A stretch of 64,000 nt of DNA. Source: Octopus sinensis (Eukaryota). The stretch spans positions 23,572,464-23,636,463 of the forward strand of contig NC_043011.1 in the NCBI RefSeq assembly GCF_006345805.1, read 5' to 3'. Under the pieces are notes generated by a model. That model was not told the origin of the DNA, searched no databases, and saw only the letters and a list, made by a program, of their open reading frames with translations. The translations under genes were made by a program, and so were the position numbers. The first letter of the stretch is position 1. Every line of letters starts with the position of its first letter. Positions 35,150-47,351 of the stretch are shown one piece after another.

Positions 35150-37775
35150 GAAATATTTACTTGAATAAAACCTGACTCTTTTAATGGAAGGGTATCTTGT
35201 GTAAAAAGTTAATCCTAATCTTTTTGAAGGTAACAATCAACATTTGCTATGGATTGTCCTGTATATAAATGTTATAGTATGGAAATTAATTCTTCCTACC
35301 ATTCTTTATTAAACATGTCGTGAGGAACAGATTACACAACTCTTAATTTGGCATGCCAGAGAAATGAAGTAAGGAAAAAACAGTTCTGTTGAAATATAAA
35401 CAAGAGAAAAGCAGATGAAACTATAATTTTACTTGGGAAAAAAAATGCCAAAGATGAGAAAGTCCTACATGAAGCAATATACAGGCTCCATCCCTGTCTC
35501 TGATTTGTGGAGGGATCATTAATTCATGCATGAAAATTTAAGCTAACATTATTATCAAATCATTCAAGAAATGCAGAATTTTCAATGTACCACATGGTAA
35601 TATAAGACGACAAATATCTATGGAATGATGATGATGAAGACGATGTTCAAACTATAATGATGAAGAAGAACTGTAAAATGACATCATTCATCTTGATGAT
35701 TATAAAGTTTATTCAGTGCTGGAGATGATGAGTAGTGTAGTTTTTGCAGAATTTTAATAAACTTACACATTTAAAAGGCTTAAGATCTACCATGTAATTT
35801 TAGTTTAAAAGCCATAATAAATTACTATTTCAGTTCTGCAAGCATAAAGTTTATAAGTAATTCATTTCTATTAATATATTTACTGTTTCTGTTTTAATCA
35901 TCTGTATCCTTAAACTGCATTGAATTATTTAATTTATCAAAATACAGTACAATGATGAGTGTGACTAACCATGATGAAGTTAATCAACTAAATGTGATGG
36001 ATACAAGTAAAACAAGAATCAATATTCTTAGGGCCATATTTCCTTTGTTTGACAAGTGTTTTTAAAATGTATACCAGATAATTATTGGTACTAATACTAT
36101 TAATTCATTCATTTTGCCCCTGACTTCACTCTTATTCATTTACAAGATCGTTTAAGTCTTTACTTCTGATGTATTTGGGTTGTACTTTAATTTCAGCTCC
36201 TAAAATCTAATATCCATGTAACTGTAAACTCCTGAAATTTAGCTGAAAAATGTGGGCTAAAACTTTGACTTTTTCAGAAGAATGGACACCCATACATACA
36301 CACACACACAAATAAATAGTTCAAACACAGCTATACTAAAGAAGAAATCTGTGTTTACACCAGATTACATAATAAACTGAAATTTTATCTGGCATTTTCT
36401 ATTTGTTAATAGTCACTTTTATGAATTAAGGATGCAATTAAACATTTATCCATTTGTCAGTTTTTCTAATGTTCAAATTAATTTAGGTTGATGGAGAGGT
36501 TTTAAGGACAGAGTTCACACAAAATCTAAAGCATTATACTTATAGTAGCATAAGATGATTTTGTAGAAAGCTAGCCTATTTCAGGTGCTGTTTTGATGAA
36601 TCAGAAAGCAGAAAGATAGCTGCTATATTCCCTTTAGTTGGCTTACAAAAAGGAAAAGAACATATAGTTCATATAACCGAGGCACCTTCTCTGAACAAAA
36701 ATATAAGATTAAAGCAAAAAAAAAAAAAAAAAACCTACAAAAACTGAGCAAGGAAATTAATTTGGATTGATAAACTAATATTTATGCGGCTTTTAGAAGT
36801 ATTCAAAACAGGAAAGAAAAAAATGAAATGAAAAAAAAGAAAACAAAGCTATTTACGTAAAACTGCTCCTCATCCGAAAGGACATCTCTGATGTTAGCAA
36901 AACTATTCCAAAAGAACAATTCAGCAGGTTTCAGTAAATCAAGATATAACTTAGGATCTGAATAAGATGGTTGCATTGAATGAGATCTTTTTGTTTCCAT
37001 GTCAATGGGGCTGCCAGATTATCTCTGCTAAAACCAGAAATATCTTCATTGAGAAGAAAATAGTGGGACAAAATATCCATTAACTGGGTATATTCTGCAA
37101 ATGTTCTTAGAATGCACCAGCACTTTTGCAGTAACTTGGCAAAAGATCTTTGTAGTCATCTGTCAGATGTAAAACTTTTTTTTCTTCTTTTTCTTCAATT
37201 TTTTTTTTGGTTTTGTTTTTCTGTGTTAACGTTTGTTTTTCTTTTTTTTTTTTTTGTTGCTTTTTTTTTTTGGACAACTGTTAAATCTAGATTAAGTGTG
37301 TTCACTAGCTTTATGCTCAGAGTGAAACAGCTGAAAGTAACTTAGAATAGATAAATAATCCAGGTAGCAGAGACGGATTTACTATTGATCAATATATGCA
37401 ATCGGTATGAAATTTCACTGATACTTGTTCAGTGGTGATGACGATGGTGGTGGCAGCAGCTGTGGTATGTTTTGGTGGTGGATAGCTTAATATGATAATA
37501 CCTGATGTGATCAATTAATATTTGAAATATTACATCACCAAACCAAGCAAAAGTATAAATCACCAGGAAAATTTTTACAAAACCTAAACATGAAGAATGT
37601 GATGATGATGTGCATGTGTGTAGTAGCAGCAGCAGTCCTGGACTTCTTCCCACCCAAAAGAGTTTTTAACCTAATATTTATACTGTTATTTAGTTTTGTT
37701 TTTTTGTCTTTGCTTGAGATCCACTGTTCCAAAAAAGCTTTGTTTCACATTCTCACAAAGTTTTAAAATTCTTAT

Positions 37776-37817
<42 letters not shown>

Positions 37818-38602
37818 TGCGTGTAAATATATATAATTGGGATAAGAAAAAATTGTCTAAAGACAGTATCCCTTTAGCTCAAGCAAGAGAGTTCAAGTCA
37901 TTGTATGACACACATCAGGTCTTGTGAAGGAGAAACACCAACACCTAATTCACAAATACAGTCAACCTAAAAGAAGAGATCATTGCTAATAGGATGTGCT
38001 ATCAAGAGATCTATCAAACTGACATTTATAAATTTCTGAGTGGCTAAGGTTTTTGCATTACATTACATTCCATCTAGATTTTTCAGCTATGTCATGTCCT
38101 TGATATATTTATAAGAAATGAACAGTATACTACAGCTGTAAATGTATACATCTATCCATATATTTTTACTTACAAGTATACCAGTGGGAATAAAAACACA
38201 AGCATACAAACATAAATAGACACACATGTTGCACATATACATACACGCAGAGATTAGCAAGATTTACAGTTTGTAGGTTTGTATACAAAGATTACTGAAC
38301 CAAAACAACAAAACAAGTCAATTAGTTTATTGCAAGAACAGACCAGTGACTTAATAAATTAAATCGTAAACATGAAGCTTCAAAAAGGATTAGAAAAGAA
38401 TTAAGGACAAAGCAAAGAAGGAGTAGATAACCATGAAGTTGTTATCTAATTGATGGATATTAACCCAGTTATATTTAAGGTAACTTGCACTTGAAATATT
38501 CACTTGCAAATTAAAAATAAAATACATGTAGGTATATATTTATACAAACATGTGCACACATGCATCCAGATACATATATACACTCACAAATACATATGGA
38601 CA

Positions 38603-38641
<39 letters not shown>

Positions 38642-38647
<6 letters not shown>

Positions 38648-38947
38648 TTGTTGGTTCCTTCTCAAGCCATGCCTGGTTCATTAGGGCCGGTTTCCCGGAT
38701 TCCTTGGCGTATAGGTCCCCCACCTGGACAGGACGCCAGTCTGTCGCAGGTAAGCTGCAAGATGCAGGAGGAAAAAGTGAGAGAAAGTTGTGGCAAAAGA
38801 GTTAGCAGAAGTTCGCCATTACCTTCTGCCAGAGCCACATGGAGCTTAGGTGTTTCACTCATAAACACATACATCACCCAGTCTGAGATTCAAACCAGCG
38901 ATCCCTCGACCACGAATCTACTGCTCTAACCACTAGGCCATGTGCCT

Positions 38948-38950
<3 letters not shown>
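38642..38950 (-). mobile_element. tRNA-derived SINE with family A head and a different (V-domain-like) 3' half
   Basis: The first ~185 nt match family A; it then reads CCTGCGACAGACTGGCGTCCTGTCCAGGTGGGG and an unrelated tail. Confidence 0.8.
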
Positions 38951-38984
<34 letters not shown>

Positions 38985-39299
38985 TACATTAATACATGCA
39001 TACACATGTATGTGTAAGTATTGACACATAAATTCACACATGTATGTGTAAATGAAAATGCGATTTGTGAAAAGACTGCATATCATCATCATCATTTAAA
39101 GTGTTCTCTATGCTAGCTTGGGTTAGCATAGGAGCTGACAAGCTGGGAGGAGGGGGGACTCTACGAGGCAAGTCATCTTACACACAACACATGTGCATGA
39201 ATGAATTAGGATGTTATTGGTGAAAAGGTGTGCATATAATGATAGCAATACACACATCCTCACTCATGCCAGCAAGGAAGAAATGTTACAATGGACAAT

Positions 39300-40070
39300 G
39301 CTGGATAAAGGAAATGCATGGAAAAGTAGTGGGGCTACCCCAAATAGTCCCAACAGAAGGACTAGCTACTAAATTTGGCAACAATATGGTTGAAAAGAAC
39401 CTTAAGGGTATAACAGTAGGGTAAGTAGCTCGATCATCAAGGATAGTTGCTATGATACTGGAATATCTGAAATAAAACCTGATAGTTGCACAGCCAATCA
39501 GAAAGTACCTGGAAATGTCACTCAAAATGAATAGCATAGCAGTATCCTCATCAGCTGCTACAAAGGTAAAGGAAATATTCTACAAATGAAAAGCTACAAA
39601 GACATCAAACTGATAGCCTTATGGAAAGTTACAGAGTTATAAGCACACTTAATTAGGAAGAAAATGAACTCAGATAAGATGAATTAAGGTTTGTATCAAG
39701 AAGGGGAAACTACCAATGCCGCCTTCTTAGTGAAGCAACTACAAGCATTTTTAGGCAAGAGCTAGCCCTTATATCCCACATTCCTTGATCTAGCAGCCTT
39801 TAATAGGGATCCATACTTAGTAGTTTGGTGGTAACTAAGCAAACTTGGTATAAGCTATGATTAAGGGTGATGCTAGCAAGGTGAGAGTTAGCATTAAGTT
39901 CATTAATGAAATTAAGTCAGGTAAATGTCCATCAAGACTACCTTCAGTGTATTATAGTTCAATACATAACAAAGGTTAAAATTGGCTATCCATGAGATCA
40001 CCTGCATACTGATGGCTAATTCCTAGAACTGTATCAGTTAGAGAATTGGAAACAAAGTCCAAAACATGGA
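39300..40070 (+). mobile_element. RTE-clade LINE reverse-transcriptase fragment (highly degenerate)
   Basis: Remnants read as KGKGN..YKDIKL, TTNAAFLVKQLQ, PLYPTFLDLAAFNR and VHQ-like RT subdomains, with many stops and frameshifts. Confidence 0.6.
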
Positions 40071-40793
40071 AACAACACCCAAGATAGTTCAAAAGTAAAT
40101 CAAACAAAAGTGTATAAAAAAAAAGTCTTTTGCAAGAAAGAATACAAAATTCTAAAAAACCATTGTAGAAATAATATGCAAAAAAAAGTCAGTACAAATT
40201 CAATAGTATAAACTATCAGTGCACAAAGTAATGTAATTCTCAAAGAGAATAAGTGTGACCCAATATGACCAAGTGTAACCAGACAGGCCTTTAAAATTAT
40301 AGGAAGCATTCATCCAATAGCCTTTCTCAGAATTTCAATTTTATTACAATTTTTTTGTTTTATTTTCAGTACTATTCTTTTGAATACATTTTGGTTGGTG
40401 TGTATGTATGTGAGCAAAAGCACACACACAATGAGAGAGAGAGAGAGAGAGTTTTATATCCGTCATTATCAAAAGATAAGAGAATAGCTGTTGTCCTAAA
40501 AATAACCATCCACCTGTTCAATTGTTCAGGCATGCAGAGTTCAACAGCCTGAGGTGGCCCAGGTGACTGGCAGTATAAACAGCATGGCAGTAGACCAGCT
40601 ATCCTAAAATCCTGGAGCCAAGGCAGTTAATGGGGTTAGAAAGGTCAGAGGCTTTCGGTAACTGTAATAAGGAAGTTGGGTTTGAGGGAGGTATGGAGAA
40701 ATGGGGTGATGAGATGTGCATTATGAAGCTCAACTAAATTTGGTTGTTCACAAGTTTGTGTGTGTGCGTTGTGCGTGCATGCGTATGTGTGCA

Positions 40794-40980
40794 CAAAGGG
40801 GTGCTAAAAACTTCCAGGAGGATCACTTATGATTATATTCAACATATTCCCCTCTCAAATTCACACACTTACTGCGGTGGTCCTTCAGTTTTTCTAAACC
40901 CTATAAAAGAACTTGGAGGGTTGGGCCTCCAACTGGGCCTTTTGTGACATCCTTAAAGCCAAAAACTTTTCTGCCCCTGT
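40794..40980. mobile_element. Mariner-derived MITE, copy 1
   Basis: Ends ggggtgctaaaaactt ... aacttttctgcccc; shares core ttattcaacatattccc..ttcacacacttactgc with 42939-43155. Confidence 0.7.
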
Positions 40981-41704
40981 GTGTGTGTACGTGTGTGTGT
41001 GAATAAAAATAAAATAGGTTTAATGAGAAGAAATGTGGGAATTGTTACTTGGTTTATACACAGGTACAGAAAGTCTCCCAAATTTTCAAGGAAATGAAAT
41101 GGAATTAAAAAATAAAATAAAAGTAGAATTTTTATGTTACCTCTACTGAAAAGAAGTTCAGTTTCTTTTATATATATAAAGAAGTAGGCTCATATGAAGG
41201 TTGTGTATGTGTGGAATGAATTGAAAAGCTTGAAGCGATCACTTAACTTCCTATAGCCAACTATGAGAGTGATTCCCAGTGACATGCTTGTCCTATTATC
41301 TTGTGTATTGTGTTCTCTCCTTGATGTCACTGAAAAGGGGTGGTGGTCAAAGAGGATTGGCATGACTGGTAAGTCAATCTGATCACGTGATTAAGTGAGT
41401 AATTAAACACTACTCTGACTCTGAATTAGTCAAGGAAAACTGATAGCAATTCAACTACATGCATGATTGCTTATATCAATGTGGGTGCACATGTGCTGAT
41501 AATGAGCTCTTTGCAACCTTCATATTGAAGATGGTAGAGTTGATAAGAGGGCACAACTATGTATTACAATTTTCTGTGTGTGTGCAGAAAATACATCTTT
41601 ACACAAATGTATATACATAGACACATGCAATCCATACAACTATATAAATTCTGTGTGTGTATATATGCACACACACACACAATACACATACAGATATATA
41701 TATA

Positions 41705-42506
41705 CAGAGTGTAATAGATAAATTGTCACCATTTGATATTCTTAATTTTGCATATGCACATTATTTGTTTTTGATTTTGTCATTTACACAGTATAGTAGG
41801 GGAAGTTGGGCACCACCTGTGAGAAAAACAGCACCATGCTATTTACTCTGCCAGAAATTTGGAAACAACATGCTATACTGCTTGGCATTTGCACCGGAAA
41901 TGCCAATATGAACAGATGGTGAACACACAGAACAACCGTTGGCTTGCTGTGTCCCCAAAACATGTACTGAGAGTGATAAAAATCAAATACCCAGTCAACA
42001 TCATGGTGTTTGGGGTGATCACTAGTAATGGCAACGTTATGCCTCCATTCATCTTCACACATGGCCTCAGGCTCAACACGGAGGCCTACATCAAGTGCCT
42101 GGAGGAGGTGGTGCTATCCTGGGTCAAGAGGGTGACTACTGGAAGACCTTATATCTGGTAACAAGACTCTGCACCATGCTACACAAACAGGAGCACCCAG
42201 TCATGGCTGTCAGATAATTTCTGTGACCACATCCCCCGTACAGTTGAGCAAGAGTTCAACAAAACTCCTCCAAATGCCAAAATGGCAGCATTCACCAACT
42301 TAAAGAAGGAGACTGTCCAGGAGAGTTACAAGAGATTCCGAAATAATTTGGAGGCCATGGTTGAAGCCAATGGCAATTTTATTGAATAAAGTCACTCTTA
42401 AGTATTTCAAGATATTTTTACGTAATTTTGGTAACTATATCTGTTAAAATAAGATGTCAGTGTTATTTTCATTTTTGTGTAATTTAGACATATTCACTGC
42501 ACCCTG
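41705..42506 (+). mobile_element. Internally deleted Tc1/mariner transposon, probably maT (DD37D)-like
   Basis: TA-CAGAGTG ... CACCCTG-TA ends. Peptide NTQNNRWLA...MVFGVITSNGNVMPPFIF.HGLRLNTEAYIKCLEEVVLSW..GRPYIW*QDSAPC and C-terminus LEAMVEANGNFIE*. The third catalytic Asp region is deleted, so the spacing cannot be confirmed. Confidence 0.8.
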
Positions 42507-42938
42507 TATATACACACAAAACATACATAGACATACACACACAAATGCACATATATATACACACATATGTACATACTTATGCACGCACGCACGCACGCAC
42601 ACACACCCACACACACACACAAATTGCAGAAAAATTATTTGAAAGAAATGGATGGAAACCCTATGCAAGTTACTGACTGCAGACCAATGTGTTTGGTGAG
42701 GACATTAAACATTGTTTAGATATCAGTGTTCTGCTTGAGATGATGATAGGATGATGAGGTTTCCCTACACTTAGTTAAGGAGGACAAACAACATTCATAT
42801 GGTAAAAATTAAGTTAATCTAATTTCTTCCCGCGTTTCAGAGCTCTGAATACCACAGTTGGGTGATCACTGATCAATTCATGTTTCATGCACAAGCACAC
42901 TCTCATACAAGCAAGCTCCCTCTCTTCTCTCACATATA

Positions 42939-43155
42939 CAAGGGGGTGCTGAAAAGTTAGGGTTAGGGTAAAAGAAAGTACAGGAAGATCAGTTAATTAT
43001 GATTTTATTCAACATATTCCCTTCCTGGATTCACACACTTACTGCAGAGGTCCTTCAGTTTTTGTAAGCCCTGTAAAAAAAATCTAAGAAGGTTGAGCTT
43101 CAAACCAGACCTTTCATGATACCCTTAAAGTCAAGAACTTTTCAGCACCTCCTCA
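42939..43155. mobile_element. Mariner-derived MITE, copy 2
   Basis: TA-caagggggtgctgaaaagtt ... aacttttcagcacctcc inverted ends; the TIR resembles that of the 31329 element. Confidence 0.75.
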
Positions 43156-43559
43156 TTCACACACAAGAACAGTGTGTAAAAAACAATGCTGTTTGAAATA
43201 TGAGTTATGAAATTGGAAATGACAAAACAAAACAGATCATTTACAAATTTCAAAACGAAAGAAACCAGACTTGACAAGGCCACTAGGGGCTACATGAGCT
43301 AAAAAGCATGGAGATCAATAAGTCATAGGAGGAAATATTTTTTACAAGTATTTTTCACATTTTCATCATATCAGTCTCCTTCAGTCACATTCTGAAAATA
43401 CAAAGTTTATTGGGAGCTTGCTGTCATATTCATTCTCTCACAAACTTCACATCTTCAAGCAAAAATTAAAAAGATAATTATCTTTAGATTTCGCCAAGGT
43501 TTCAAACCATCTGTGACTCATATAAAGTAGAATGAATCCATGATCTTTGAGAATTGAAT

Positions 43560-43905
43560 TTATGTTTTATTTGTTTCAAGCACTGGACTACAGCCATGCT
43601 GGGGCACGGCATTGAAGGGTTTAGTTGATTAAACTGACTGCAGTACTTTTTTTTTTAAGTCTGGCACTTATTCTATCTTGTCTCTTTTGCTGAACTGCTA
43701 AGTTATGGGGATGTAAACAAACAAACACCAGTTGTCAAGCAGTGGGAACGACACACACACACACACAAGCTTCCACACAATTTCCATCAACCAAATTCAC
43801 TTTCAAGACTATAGTTGAAGACATTTGTCCAAGGTGCCATACAGTGGGGCTGAACCTGAGACCACACACAGTTTCAAAATGAGCTTCTTAACCACACAGC
43901 CATGC
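43560..43905 (-). mobile_element. SINE family B
   Basis: Family B motifs; a second copy follows at 44140-44495. Confidence 0.75.
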
Positions 43906-44139
43906 CTTGCTTAAAATTACAGTGGAAGCTCTGATCTTAGTAATATTGCTAATAAAAGCTATCCTGACTAAGAAATCTAAGAAAAGAGAATACGCACAGC
44001 TTGCAAAAAGTATAACTAACATGTGTTGTTCTCCCCATATATAGCTGCTAGAGCCTAAAAGAAATGGATTGCACCAATAGGGTTCTTTTTATATGTATTC
44101 TTGATGAGTGATGAAAATAGCTTCAATGATGCATCTTTT

Positions 44140-44495
44140 CATCGTTTATCTTTTACTTGTTTCAGTTATTGGACTGTGTCCCAGCATCACCTTGAATGGT
44201 TTGGTTGAACACATCAACCCCGGTACTTATTTTGTTAAAACTCTAGTATTTACTTTATCCGTCTCTTTTGTTGAACCACTAGGTTATAGAGATATAAACA
44301 AACCAACACTAGTTATCAAGTGATGGAGTGGAACAAAAAGTCACACACAAACACATATGACGGACTTCTTTCAGTTTCCATCAACTAAATCCACTCACAA
44401 GGCTTTGGTCAGATTGGGGCTATCATGCAGTGGGACTGAACCCAGAACCATGTGGTTGGGAAGCAAACTTCCCTTGCTATACAGCCACACCAATG
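44140..44495 (-). mobile_element. SINE family B
   Basis: Family B tail, linker and head. Confidence 0.75.
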
Positions 44496-45359
44496 CCTAT
44501 TCATGAAGAACAATTTTGAAATAACAGCTTTAAATGACTGTATTATTGTGGTAATAGACTGCATTAGGACCTGTTGCTTAGTTTCAAGCCAGCTCTGAAG
44601 CAGCAGAGATGATACAATGAAATGCATTCCAGTGGTAACCAACTCATATTTTCAGGCATAAGATCATCAGATATTTCACAGCCTTTCTTTCTGTTGATTG
44701 GGGGGGTGGAGGGGTGAAGATGGTAGGTTGTGATTTGAGGAAGATTTGCATGTTATTTCTAGTAGGTCAAGCAACTGCATAAACAAGCCTCCTCATTAGC
44801 TCATGGTTGGGCATCGCAAAAAGATTAGTCTTGATATTTTTCTTGTTGGCACAAAATCAAATCTGGTTACAACAAATGACCTGCAGAATACTTCACAATT
44901 CCTCTCTATCTTCATAACCTCTAAGTTATTGCATTCTTTAAGCACGCTGTCAGAGTTGGAACACATAAGCCGACTGCCATTATATCAAACTTTAACAATT
45001 CAGCCATAACATTTCAAATGATAAAACAAAACAATTAGTCACCTGTTATGTCTAGCTGAATCTCGTTCCTGTTACAGAAACTGAAGGCTAAACTGCCATT
45101 GCTCACTGTGAAGGTACCAAGGGAGGAAGGGAACATGGTGAAAATGTGTTGATATGAATAATAGATGATGTTCAGTAGTTAGAAAACAACATGTAACCCA
45201 CCTAGAGAGTGTAGTGCCAAACTCTTCACTGTGAAAGACTGTTCTTCATTAAATATACAAAATGCAAGCTTACAGTATTTATGAGCAAAATTCTCTTTTA
45301 AAATTCATTTACAGTGTGTGTCTATGTGTATGAACAATTTGTGTACGTGTGTACGTATG

Positions 45360-45417
<58 letters not shown>

Positions 45418-45420
45418 TGA
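45360..45420. repeat. (TG)n microsatellite
   Basis: Directly visible. Similar arrays at about 37777-37815, 29313-29360 ((GA)n(GT)n), 38606-38641 ((TA)n) and 38950-38980 ((CA)n). Confidence 0.9.
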
Positions 45421-47351
45421 GGAGAGAGAAAGATAAAGAATGAGAGAGAGAATATGGCAGTTACAACATGGAAGATCCATTTTAGCCATCTAAAAATAAA
45501 CAAAAACTGTTAGATTCACTTTCATTTATTTCTTAAGGTGTCAAAATTTTCATCTCACTACTGTGACCAGGCCAATGACAGTTTCACTGCAACCCTGATA
45601 GCTGGATCTTTTGTTACATCTAAACAAGTCTAGTTCATTCACCAAATACTCAGTGTAGCATTTTCTCCACATCAATCAAGGAGAGTGTGCCACTGTCATT
45701 GCACATAGGCTTTTCACCAACAACATCTTAATTTACACTGATGCTGCTTCACAATTTGGAATGCTTTATGCTTCTCCTCCTCATGTCACAGAACACTGGC
45801 AAACCTCTCTTGCTTTTAAGGTTCTTTCCTTCTCTTATAGCTTGTCGTTCATTGCTCCCCTGATGTACTGTGACATAATTTTATAACCCACATATAAAAG
45901 ATTTTATTGATGAAGCTGTGATTTCTTACAAGAACTATTTGGAATTCAAACAATATATTCCATTAAAACCTATAAAGTTTTATTTCAAAACAATTCCAAC
46001 GATTCCAATGATAATTTACTTGAAATTTATACTGGAAAATCAATTGTATTTCTGTAGAAAATCTGAGAGGAAGAATAATAATGGATTTGAGCTCAACACA
46101 GTTCTCTGACCTATCGAATCCAGTCAAGCTAATTGATGCCAGTATGGCATATGGATACTAAAAGATTATGATGAATGATATTCTACTTAGGCCATCATGT
46201 TTATTGCAATAGCCTTTACTCTCCTTCAGATTTATTCCTGAAACTTTTGGAAAAAATTAATAATAAGGTGTGAAACTGTGTGACCAAACAGAAAAAGGAG
46301 GCTGAGATGTATCAATAAGGGGAAATTTAAAAAGAGGTTATTATGTTATCAAACTTTGAAAAGATAAGAAGAATTTAATGATTTTATTATACTAATGAAG
46401 AAAAGTACGTCACCAGATGACAGAACAAAGAAAAGCCATTTGCCTCAATATCATCAAATTTGACATGAAATACATGATTGGTATAGATTTTATGAATCAG
46501 TAAAGGTCAAGTTGAGTAGGAGGGACATGAAAGCAGTCTTTAAGCACATACTTTCTTCCATATTGTTAATGAATACAAGAGAGTGAGGATCACTTAGTAT
46601 CAACAAACAGTAACAGGCAACATAAAGTCTATGCTTCTCAGAAAATTTCAGTGCTGGACAAAAAACAGAAAAAAAGATGAAGTCTGTTTCCAAAAAAAAA
46701 AAAGACCAACTGATGGTCAGGCAACTTTGGAAAGTAAAAAAGAAAAGAACCTAGGGAAAGTGCTCAAAGAGAATAAACCAGTTAATGGCTGTGGTTGTAA
46801 CATTTGTCAATAAATTTATGTAGCAATTTCATGTTAAACCATGCAATATGGCTAACTTTGTTGGTATTTATGAGAAGTAAATGCATAGTTACTTTCACAA
46901 CTACCCATTAAGATCTTGATTTTTTATCCGTTGTATATATTCATAGCTAATACAGCTTATTTTTCCAAATACAAGGGTAGATGGTGCTGAGAGCTGATTT
47001 TAGGTGTATTTGCACCACTTGTATACAACAAGAAATATTCTGCAAGACAAAACAGTGAATGGCTTTCTTACTGGCTCAAACATGCCCCAAGCATATTTGA
47101 ATTGGTAATAACCTTGTATTTATGCAAATCACTGCCACCCTATAATCTGTTTATGGTGGGCCACCAGATAGCACAACCAGTGATGACTGGAATATCTTAA
47201 GAGAGATGATCTCTCTCTTACCAGCTCGCAGCACACTCTGTCCAGTTTCTGACTGAAGAGGAGATAACCACTACAAAATGCTTGCATCTCACAGTCTGGG
47301 TAGGTTGCGCTGCGAGCTGATTTTAGGTGTATTTACACCATTTGTCTACAG

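Noticed and set aside
35636-35650. 15-nt match (GAAGACGATGTTCAA) to the spliced 8151/4888 exon junction, hinting at a retrocopy or antisense element
   Set aside because: Similarity does not extend either side, and one 15-mer match between about 1.3 kb of CDS and 64 kb of DNA is not improbable.
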